Under the pieces are notes generated by a model that was not told the DNA's origin, ran no database searches, and was given only the letters and a program-made list of their open reading frames with translations. The position numbers and the translations under genes are program-made. A stretch of DNA of 33,586 nt from a virus: the IMG/VR virus record IMGVR_UViG_3300006982_000003; one strand, written 5' to 3'. Shown piece by piece: positions 1 through 8,067 of the stretch; within the stretch, counting starts at the first letter, position 1, and the number at the start of each line of letters is the position of its first letter.

Positions 1-1298
1 GTGAAGTTTTTATTGATGAGAACCTAAACAGTCAAATTGCAATTGTCGATGGTCAAAACGTTTACATTTATAATCATGCATCCGGTCAATTTGGTCAGGC
101 TACCTTACGTAATGAAGATGATTCAGGCGCGTTTCAGGGGGCATTAACGCCCAATTATGTGACCTATCATAATACATTTTTTATTTTTGGGAACGGTTTA
201 AGCACGAATGATGGTAGTTTTTGGTATATATTTGATCCGGCGAGTAGTGGCAATCTGAATTTAAAATTAGTTCAAACACTCACATTGCAGACAAAACCGG
301 ATTATGCCAGGGCGATTGTACGAATGCCCGGCCGAGGCAATAATGTTCTTGTGTTTGGCGAATCTGTAGCCGAGATATGGACGAATGTAGGGGGCCTTCA
401 GGTTTATCAGCGTAATAGTTCCGTGAATATTGACTATGGCGTTGCGTCTGTTGCAACAATTGCCACCAATGATCAATTTGTTGCATGGCTTGGTATTAAT
501 GAGCGTTCCAGTCCGGCCATCATGGTATCAACGGGAGGCAATGCAACGCCTTTAACGACAGATGGCATTGATCATTTACTAAGCCAAGTGACTTTTCCTA
601 AGCAATCCACTGCGATTATGTACCGACAGGATCATCATATATTTTATCAATTGACGTTTTACAATGCCGATGATGATTTTACCATTGTCTATGATTTTAC
701 ATTAAAAAAATTCTATGATTTAACGGATTTTGATTACACGCATGCACCAGCTCGCCAAACAGGGCATATTAACAACATCACCTATTTTGTCTCATTAAAA
801 GATGGCCATTTATACAAAACCAATGTTGATATTAATACATATCGAACGGATCCGAATGGCCTCAATGATCGACAAATTCCAAGAATGCGTATTTGTAATA
901 CCGTTCGTGCCCCCGTACCTCAGCGATTTATTGTGGATCGATTTAGTTTTGTGATTGAGAGCGGCACAACCTTGAATGCATACACATCAACTGAATGTTT
1001 TGGCATTATCACGACTGAAGTGACTGAAGAGCCGATTTTAACCGAAACAGGCGAACCACTATTAGTTGAAGATGGGTATTGTACAACCAACCAACCGCGT
1101 GTTGACTTGAGATTATCTAAAAATGGCGGTTACACGTTTAGTAATGCCGTCAGCTATTACTTAAAATTAACCGGTGATTATCGCAATCAACCTCGATTTA
1201 ATCGATTAGGGGCCTGTCAACAAATGACATTACAATTACAATTTTGGGGATTTGGTCGATTTGTTGTTAAAAACGGTGCAATGGAGATACGTCAATGA
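1..1298 (+). CDS. Tail hub / packaged-DNA stabilisation protein, P22 gp10-like (3' part of a gene that starts at 33172)
   Basis: The frame of track ORF 159..1298 is open back to position 1, with the first full codon at 3. Position 3 equals 33490 after removing the overlap, which matches the frame open from GTG 33172. The joined gene is 1,614 nt (537 aa). Its position after a gp4-like adaptor, and a C-terminus (RFNRLGACQQMTLQLQFWGFGRFVVKNGAMEIRQ) shaped like the gp10 C-terminus as I recall it, support the call. Homology was not computed. Confidence 0.7.
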   Translation, partial: EVFIDENLNSQIAIVDGQNVYIYNHASGQFGQATLRNEDDSGAFQGALTPNYVTYHNTFFIFGNGLSTNDGSFWYIFDPASSGNLNLKLVQTLTLQTKPDYARAIVRMPGRGNNVLVFGESVAEIWTNVGGLQVYQRNSSVNIDYGVASVATIATNDQFVAWLGINERSSPAIMVSTGGNATPLTTDGIDHLLSQVTFPKQSTAIMYRQDHHIFYQLTFYNADDDFTIVYDFTLKKFYDLTDFDYTHAPARQTGHINNITYFVSLKDGHLYKTNVDINTYRTDPNGLNDRQIPRMRICNTVRAPVPQRFIVDRFSFVIESGTTLNAYTSTECFGIITTEVTEEPILTETGEPLLVEDGYCTTNQPRVDLRLSKNGGYTFSNAVSYYLKLTGDYRNQPRFNRLGACQQMTLQLQFWGFGRFVVKNGAMEIRQ

Positions 1299-1561
1299 AA
1301 ATACCTAGTTTTATGCATGTTCAATACGTTCAACCCAGTAATGGTTATTTAACATCTGATATGCAACATTACCATGACGAATTAAACCAAAATTTAGAAA
1401 TTAATTTAGGCGATAACGGCTGGCAAGTACCGCAGTTAACTAACAGTGAAATCAATAATATAGCGTCCTCGAAACCAGACGGCACGCTATGGTATGATAA
1501 AGATAACAACAAGCTAACCGTAAAGGAAAACGGTAGCATTAAGACAGTTAACACAACCTAA
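1295..1561 (+). CDS. Small virion-associated protein (88 aa) at the position of the P22 tail needle gene; carries one copy of the fibre-repeat motif
   Basis: The ATG overlaps the upstream stop (ATGA). PDGTLWYDKDNNKLTVKENGSIKTV resembles the NGELRWNSDNNxLEFYDGSxW motif repeated five times in the 910-aa fibre. Confidence 0.6.
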   Translation: MKIPSFMHVQYVQPSNGYLTSDMQHYHDELNQNLEINLGDNGWQVPQLTNSEINNIASSKPDGTLWYDKDNNKLTVKENGSIKTVNTT

Positions 1562-1575
1562 ATCAAAGGATTGAT

Positions 1576-2349
1576 ATGTTAGGTTCACTTTTAGCATCAG
1601 GCGGCCTGAGTGCGCTCGGCGAAGGATTAAGTGGCTTATTAGGGCATCAGGGTTATAAACAGGCAGGTCATTCATTAGATGACATTGCTACTATGTATAA
1701 GAACATGTATAACCCATATATTCAAGCGGGCTACCAATCGCTGAGTGACTTACAAGATAAATACGGTCAACTTATGGACCCAACACAGCATATGGCTGAT
1801 ATTATGGGTCACTATCAAGAATCCCCTTACGCTCAGACACAGCAAAACGAGTTACAACGTGCGCTCGGTTCAACAGCTGCTGCGGGCGGTTTCTCTGGTT
1901 CACCTTATCATCAGCATCAAGTAGCCCAAAACGTTCAAAATGTTTTGTCAAAAGACATGCAGAATTATTTAAAAGATGCGCTAGGCATTGAACAAGAAGG
2001 CATTTCAGGTGAGCAAGGATTGGAACAGCAAGGATTACAAAGCACCCAACAACTGGCTGAAGCATTGGGTGGCATTATGGGCCAGCAAGGTGAATTAGGG
2101 TTTCAAGAACAGCGAGGCTTAGGCCAAAAAGCCAGCGGTTTGGGGAATGCCTTATCACAATTATTGTCGCAATATAGTGGTTATCAACAAACGAATGATT
2201 TATTGAATCCCAGTGCCTCTCAACCACCGATGAGTTCATTTCCTTCAATAGGTGAGACGTCCATGGAATCCAATTATAATGATCCGTATTGGGATGCGCT
2301 GAATCGTTCTGGTTTAATCAATAATAATCCATTGTCGAATGTGAGTTAA
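1576..2349 (+). CDS. Hypothetical G/Q/S-rich internal (ejection) protein candidate, 257 aa
   Basis: AAGGA lies 7 nt upstream of the ATG. The sequence is low-complexity and Gly/Gln-rich. Its position downstream of the hub gene matches P22 gp7/gp20/gp16. The functional call is positional only. Confidence 0.55.
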   Translation: MLGSLLASGGLSALGEGLSGLLGHQGYKQAGHSLDDIATMYKNMYNPYIQAGYQSLSDLQDKYGQLMDPTQHMADIMGHYQESPYAQTQQNELQRALGSTAAAGGFSGSPYHQHQVAQNVQNVLSKDMQNYLKDALGIEQEGISGEQGLEQQGLQSTQQLAEALGGIMGQQGELGFQEQRGLGQKASGLGNALSQLLSQYSGYQQTNDLLNPSASQPPMSSFPSIGETSMESNYNDPYWDALNRSGLINNNPLSNVS

Positions 2350-2351
2350 TA

Positions 2352-3443
2352 ATGGTTAAACGATTCATGCAAACAGGTGTTTTTCAGCCTCAAAAGCCGG
2401 ATTTTTCAGGCATTGGTGATGCATTAGCTCAACAATTTAAAGGCGCACAAATGGGGCAGGCGATGCAACAGATGCCTCATCAACAACAAATGAATCAATT
2501 AAAAGAAGCATTGGCAAAAGCGAATATTGGTCAAAAACAACAGCAAATGCAATTAGACCCGCTTAAAATGCAATTACAAGAACAACAATTGAGGCAACAA
2601 CAACAACCTAAACCAACGTCATTAATGAAAAATATTGAGTGGCTAAAACAAAAAGGCATGGGCGATGATCAGGCATATCAAATGGCCGTTAGTCATATGA
2701 TGGGGCCTCAAACCAGAATACGTCAAACAAAAGACGGTGGATTTGAGTTATTACAGGGCCAAAACGTTGGCATGAAAGATGTCCCCGGTGCGCCAACCCA
2801 TCAAATACAATCCAATCTTGAGCAAGGTATAACCGGTACTGAAACCATTAAACCGGATCTTATGAATTTAGCTGATATATTTGATCGTACTCATTCGTAT
2901 TTGAGTAGAGCTAAATCCAAAGTAGGTGGCGTGTTAAATCAAATGGGATTACAAGATGTCAATCCTTATAGCCGCTATCCTACATGGCGTCAGCAAATGA
3001 ATTCAATTATTAATGAAAAAGCTGAAAGTTTGATGAAGGCATTTCAAGCTGGACGGGGTAAACATTTATTAGAGGCGACTAAAAAAATCTTAACGCCAAA
3101 TCCTGAAGAAGACCCTAATATGTATCGTCAACGACTTAAAGATTTTTCGAATAGCCTGGATAAAAGGAAACAAATTTATAATTTTCACCTACAGAATGGC
3201 TATACTCCTCAATCAGCAGCTATTAGGGCTATTAATGAAACACATCCCAACAAAGTGATTAAACAACTGAATAAATTAAGCGAACCATCGAATCAACAAT
3301 CATCAAAGCAGGCTCAACAGTCTATACAATCAACCAAAAAACCGTCTGATACGAATCAAAAAATTTATGTTAAAAAAACACCTGATCAATTAAGCGATGA
3401 AGAATTACTAGAATATCGTAATCAGTTAAAAGGGCGTCCTTAA
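2352..3443 (+). CDS. Hypothetical Q-rich internal (ejection) protein candidate, 363 aa
   Basis: Tightly packed, 2 nt after the previous stop. It has a long Gln-rich coiled-coil-like N-terminal half. The functional call is positional only. Confidence 0.55.
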   Translation: MVKRFMQTGVFQPQKPDFSGIGDALAQQFKGAQMGQAMQQMPHQQQMNQLKEALAKANIGQKQQQMQLDPLKMQLQEQQLRQQQQPKPTSLMKNIEWLKQKGMGDDQAYQMAVSHMMGPQTRIRQTKDGGFELLQGQNVGMKDVPGAPTHQIQSNLEQGITGTETIKPDLMNLADIFDRTHSYLSRAKSKVGGVLNQMGLQDVNPYSRYPTWRQQMNSIINEKAESLMKAFQAGRGKHLLEATKKILTPNPEEDPNMYRQRLKDFSNSLDKRKQIYNFHLQNGYTPQSAAIRAINETHPNKVIKQLNKLSEPSNQQSSKQAQQSIQSTKKPSDTNQKIYVKKTPDQLSDEELLEYRNQLKGRP

Positions 3444-5393
3444 ATGCCATATATTAGTCAACAAGCATTGGAAGATGAAATTAAACGACGTGGATTAGAT
3501 AAAACCAGTGATGATAATGATTATCAAAAAACCGTTAGTCAGTTAACAAAACAACAACCTCTAACAACAATTAAACGACAAGATCCTGGTATTGGAACCC
3601 GATTAGTTAATACATTATCTAATTATTTAAGTGATATTGGCCAAACGGGTGAACAATTAGCATCAAAGCCTGTTAGCGCTGTCTCTGATTTAGGCAAGGG
3701 GACGATAGAAGGACTCTATAGAGGAGCCTATGGTGCTGGTTTACCCCAAGCCGGTCAATATGCAGGCCAAAAAATCGATGATTTAATTAATGCGATTGCT
3801 GGAACGCATCTTCAATCTCCAGATGCGCCACAACCTGCATTAGGTCAATCTGCACCAGAACGTGTTGGTATTGGTTTAGGTCAGGGCACAACAGCTGTTG
3901 TGCCTGCGTCTAAATTAGCTCAAGTCGCTAAAGCAGAACCCGCGTTAGCCAATGTTTCACCTCGTCTTATTAATCCTGCGATTTTATCTGCTATGTCAGC
4001 CTATACAGAACCGGATGATCGACCATTAGCGGCAACAATGGGCGCGATGCCATCGGCATTACATGAAGGTGCACGAGGGATTAAAGGCATTAAACGAGGC
4101 GGCCAGCAGGCATTAGACAAAGGTCAACAAGCAGTCCGTCAATATAGACAGCGACAACAGGCAAAAGAGGATGCCTATATTAATCAACCTCAATTCCAGA
4201 GAGAGACGATTAAAAAACAGATTCCTAATTTATTACCTGATGATCTTGATTACAACGATATTAATCAATCAATTGAACGCGATATTAAATCGCATCATGA
4301 CAAAGTATTTAATCAAAACAAAAAGAATTTTCAATCATTAGAGCATTTGGCCAATCAACATGATTTAACAGGCCCTCAAATGGTGTTGCCTGAACAACCT
4401 GAAGTTGAATTAATTGATAAAGAACCTAAAACGGTTATATCGCATTTTAAAAAAACAACCCATTCACGTAATAAAGATCCTTTAACAGGCGAGCGAAACT
4501 ATACAGTTAAATCAATCGATCCACTAACAGGTCAAAAAATTTATAAAGAAAAAACAACAGCTAAAGAACCGGTTTATAAAACTGTATCCGGTCAAACAGA
4601 AGAAGTGCCGGTTAAAAGTGAAGCGAAATTAGATTTAGATGACTCATTACAGCCTTTAAACAAATTATATAAGATTGCTGAAAAATTCCCTAAATATAAG
4701 TATTTACGCAATATTATTAATAATTTTAACAATCATACCAATTATAATAATGCGCGTATGTTATTGCGTCATTTAAATGATAAAGAAACCGATATTGAAA
4801 AAATGGGGGACAGTGATGATAAACCGTATATGATACCGGCTATCAATGACGTTAAAACAGCGTTAAATAATGATATCCATCGTAATTTGAAAGAAAAAAT
4901 TGGGCCTGAAGCATCTGAACGTTATAGTGAAGCATTAAAATATCATCGTGATAAAATGCGGCCATTTAGAACACAATCCGTTTTGAAAAATTTTGTAAAA
5001 GATGAAAAAGAACCAGATTTTAATACATTAGCTGATAAATTAGCAAAAAATCCCAATGTATTAAGATATGTTTCAGATGATTTGCCTAAAGAGACAAAAA
5101 ATAAATTAGCATTAAAATTATTCAAAAATGAATTATCACCTAAAAATGGTGGCGTTCAGGTCACTAATCCTGATAAAATATTAACAAGGTATCAAGATTT
5201 GTTTAGTGATAATAAAACACATCTTTTACCTGATCAGCTGAATGAGTTTTTAAAAGATTCATTACAGCATCAAACAGAATACCCACCGGATGAATCAGTT
5301 TCAAATAAACCCAAAGTAAAAGAATTATTGAAAACCGGTGGAAAAATTTTAGGTGGTTACGAAGTAGTAAAGTTATTAAATGATTTATTCTGA
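3444..5393 (+). CDS. Hypothetical large internal (ejection) protein candidate, 649 aa
   Basis: It starts immediately after the previous stop. This is the largest of three consecutive non-enzymatic ORFs after the hub gene. The P22 gp16 analogy is positional only. Confidence 0.55.
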   Translation: MPYISQQALEDEIKRRGLDKTSDDNDYQKTVSQLTKQQPLTTIKRQDPGIGTRLVNTLSNYLSDIGQTGEQLASKPVSAVSDLGKGTIEGLYRGAYGAGLPQAGQYAGQKIDDLINAIAGTHLQSPDAPQPALGQSAPERVGIGLGQGTTAVVPASKLAQVAKAEPALANVSPRLINPAILSAMSAYTEPDDRPLAATMGAMPSALHEGARGIKGIKRGGQQALDKGQQAVRQYRQRQQAKEDAYINQPQFQRETIKKQIPNLLPDDLDYNDINQSIERDIKSHHDKVFNQNKKNFQSLEHLANQHDLTGPQMVLPEQPEVELIDKEPKTVISHFKKTTHSRNKDPLTGERNYTVKSIDPLTGQKIYKEKTTAKEPVYKTVSGQTEEVPVKSEAKLDLDDSLQPLNKLYKIAEKFPKYKYLRNIINNFNNHTNYNNARMLLRHLNDKETDIEKMGDSDDKPYMIPAINDVKTALNNDIHRNLKEKIGPEASERYSEALKYHRDKMRPFRTQSVLKNFVKDEKEPDFNTLADKLAKNPNVLRYVSDDLPKETKNKLALKLFKNELSPKNGGVQVTNPDKILTRYQDLFSDNKTHLLPDQLNEFLKDSLQHQTEYPPDESVSNKPKVKELLKTGGKILGGYEVVKLLNDLF

Positions 5394-5397
5394 TATG

Positions 5398-5426
5398 TTG
5401 ACTTTTATTTTTTTTGTTATTATATA
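5398..5426 (+). promoter_or_regulatory. Sigma70-type promoter: TTGACT, 17-nt spacer, TATATA
   Basis: TTGACT lies at 5398-5403 and TATATA at 5421-5426, separated by a 17-nt T-rich spacer. The element sits in an 87-nt AT-rich gap directly upstream of the 722-aa ORF. Confidence 0.6.
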
Positions 5427-5480
5427 TTTGATCATGTTTGATTATATTTAATATGAATCATTTTTTAAAAAGGACTTTTA

Positions 5481-7649
5481 ATGACAACACCCAATTCACA
5501 ATACATACCCGCGTTCACCATCCAAGAAATTATATTAAATAAGGATGATGGGGAACCATTAGCGAATGGGGTTGTTAAATTTTTTCGTGATATACAACGC
5601 ACTGTACCCAAGCCGGTTTATCAGCTAACCGGTAATGCGCTGAATTATCAATTTCAATCCTTAGGCGCTCAAATTACATTAGCTGTGGACGGCAGTTTTA
5701 CGGATACCCAGGGTAATCCGATTGTTCCGTATTTTTATCCCTTTGATTCAGATGGTAATGATGATCGTTATTATGTAGTTGTTGAGAGTGCTGGCGGTAT
5801 TACACAATTTACACGTGAGGCAGTCCCCGCTGAAGCCGGTCAAGGTCCCTTACCGCCTGAATTACGGAATAATACAGAAAACGAATTGATCAATCCGCAA
5901 TTTGTTGACGTATTATTCAATAAAAATAAAACAAAAACGATTAGTGTATCTGGATCGAATACCGTCACCGATATTGCGCCGGGGTGGGCCATTATCTCAT
6001 CAGGTACTGGCGATATTGAACTAGAACAGGTGACTAACATTCCCCAAAACTCGGCTACCAATCCATCCTATGCGTTACGCATTAATGCTGATTCAGCCAT
6101 TGGCAGTGATATTACATTACGCCAACGATTAACTGAAACACCCAAATTACTGAACAGTGATTTTGCTTCTGGCACGTTAACAGCAGCATCCAATGAAGAT
6201 ACAACATTTATCATGAGATATGAACCGTCTGATAACTCAGCAACATCACATGAGTTATTTTCAGATGCGATTGATGGCGATGGGGCCTATCACACATTAC
6301 AAGGTGTGTCGCAAATTGGGGGAACGCTCAGTACGGATAATGCACCAGATGGTTACATTGATATTAAAATCATTATTCCAACGAATCGGAATGTCAAAAT
6401 AACGAGTTTACAGCTAGTTGGGGTCGATAATCAGGAAAATATTCCGTATGACCAGCAAACGGTCGACCGACAACGAACATTATTGAGCAATTATTATCGT
6501 CGTAGTATATGGATTGAACCAAAAACCGATTTATTAACCGGCTGGACATTTGGCCAAAACCCATGGCAATTTTCATCACCTGGTGATGTAGCGGTTAAAG
6601 CAAATGGTTATGAAGGACCGGATCAAACCATTTTTATTCAAAAAGAATACGTTAAATCACAACAAGAAGATAATATTAAACGCGCTCAAGTGGGTGCCTC
6701 AGAACATAGAGGGTTACAAATTCGAGCCAATAAAGCCAGTAATCAATTTGCTTTAATCCAATACATTGATGCGCGAACCATGACTCCTTTTTGGGATTAT
6801 CGTGCCTCTGTTAAAGTGAATGCGCGTACATTTTCGTCTAGTCATAATAGTGACATTAAATTTAAATGTCGATTAATCTATAAAAATGGCCTACCGAATA
6901 AAACAACTCGAACTTATCCTATTCCTAATTGGAGTGGTGATGAGCCGAGTTTTGACAATGATTTTACCGTTATTAAGCCTGATTTAGATCCGGAATATAC
7001 CTTAAAACGTTCTTATGAGACGATAATTGGTAGTAATTATTTTCCAAGTTACACATTTAATAATTTTAAATTGCCTACGCCCAGTTCAAATGATATAACA
7101 TTAGCTGTTGTCATTTATACCACCAATAATATGGATGAAACATCAACAGCTGATCGCATTGTATTTGATAAAATTAACCTTGTACCGAATGAATTTGCGA
7201 TTGATGTGTATCCTATTACGTTTAATGAGATGTTAAGTCGTTGTCAATATTATTGGGAGCAAAGTTATCCCCTGGGTATCCTTCCAGGAGCACAAACAGC
7301 AGACGGTGTGATTGAAGCGTATCAACCCGCAACACTGGCAAATGTATTAGCTGCGACAATTCAAGAACAATATCAAGTGCGAAAACGAACGAATAACCCC
7401 GATATAACCATTTATAATCCATTCGATAATAGCACAAATAGTGTACATTATATACATAGAATTGCCTCAGGCAATCGAGATGAGGGGAATAAACCATTTG
7501 ATCAGTATTTCAATTTAAATAAAAATGATCGAAAGTTTGTTTGTTTTGCTACAGGTGGTAAAAATTATAATAAAGTTACCCGACAAGGCAGTGATCCCAC
7601 CGGTGTAGTCGAATTTCATTACACCAGTGACGCACGCATAGGAGTTTAG
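5481..7649 (+). CDS. Large virion protein, tail fibre/spike candidate, 722 aa
   Basis: Long ORF with AAGGA upstream. It is the first gene after the internal promoter and heads the fibre region. I recognise no catalytic motif. Confidence 0.6.
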   Translation: MTTPNSQYIPAFTIQEIILNKDDGEPLANGVVKFFRDIQRTVPKPVYQLTGNALNYQFQSLGAQITLAVDGSFTDTQGNPIVPYFYPFDSDGNDDRYYVVVESAGGITQFTREAVPAEAGQGPLPPELRNNTENELINPQFVDVLFNKNKTKTISVSGSNTVTDIAPGWAIISSGTGDIELEQVTNIPQNSATNPSYALRINADSAIGSDITLRQRLTETPKLLNSDFASGTLTAASNEDTTFIMRYEPSDNSATSHELFSDAIDGDGAYHTLQGVSQIGGTLSTDNAPDGYIDIKIIIPTNRNVKITSLQLVGVDNQENIPYDQQTVDRQRTLLSNYYRRSIWIEPKTDLLTGWTFGQNPWQFSSPGDVAVKANGYEGPDQTIFIQKEYVKSQQEDNIKRAQVGASEHRGLQIRANKASNQFALIQYIDARTMTPFWDYRASVKVNARTFSSSHNSDIKFKCRLIYKNGLPNKTTRTYPIPNWSGDEPSFDNDFTVIKPDLDPEYTLKRSYETIIGSNYFPSYTFNNFKLPTPSSNDITLAVVIYTTNNMDETSTADRIVFDKINLVPNEFAIDVYPITFNEMLSRCQYYWEQSYPLGILPGAQTADGVIEAYQPATLANVLAATIQEQYQVRKRTNNPDITIYNPFDNSTNSVHYIHRIASGNRDEGNKPFDQYFNLNKNDRKFVCFATGGKNYNKVTRQGSDPTGVVEFHYTSDARIGV

Positions 7650-7651
7650 TT

Positions 7652-8041
7652 ATGGCTGGCCCATTCAAAAAATATTCAACGACACAAATTATTAATGATT
7701 TTGGGCAAATGCTAAGCCCTAATATTTATTCAGCTGCATTAGCTGCGTCAACTGATACGAGTTTAACCGTACCCACGATTACAACGACTGGGATTGGCTG
7801 GACTAAATCCAATCGTACGGTTTTAGCCATTGTTCGGGTGAAATCAGATGCTGAAGTTTATATGGCACTGAATACAACAGCAACTGAACCGGCTGGGGCC
7901 AGTTTTGCGAGTACGGATGCGGAAATGGTCTCCGTTTATGAACCGTATGCACGTGTTGTGACTGAAGGGGACGTCTTGCATTTTATCACGCCCGATGGTT
8001 CAACACCCATTACAGTGGCCTTTTATCCGTATCAGACATGA
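7652..8041 (+). CDS. Hypothetical protein, 129 aa (between the two large fibre-like genes)
   Basis: AGGAG lies upstream of the ATG, and the gene starts 2 nt after the previous stop. Confidence 0.6.
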   Translation: MAGPFKKYSTTQIINDFGQMLSPNIYSAALAASTDTSLTVPTITTTGIGWTKSNRTVLAIVRVKSDAEVYMALNTTATEPAGASFASTDAEMVSVYEPYARVVTEGDVLHFITPDGSTPITVAFYPYQT

Positions 8042-8067
8042 TTGATTAAATATCGCAAGGATGCGTT

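Noticed and set aside
267-486. Antisense ORFs of 60-140 aa inside large genes. Examples: 267..476, 280..486, 1802..2065, 5840..6061, 7222..7497, 10050..10268, 12184..12477, 13163..13405, 20546..20830, 21344..21589, 25618..25809, 28031..28231, 29751..30101, 31327..31683, 32019..32393.
   Set aside because: All are embedded in, or antisense to, longer ORFs that have SDs and recognisable products or operon context. None has an SD or a plausible protein sequence.
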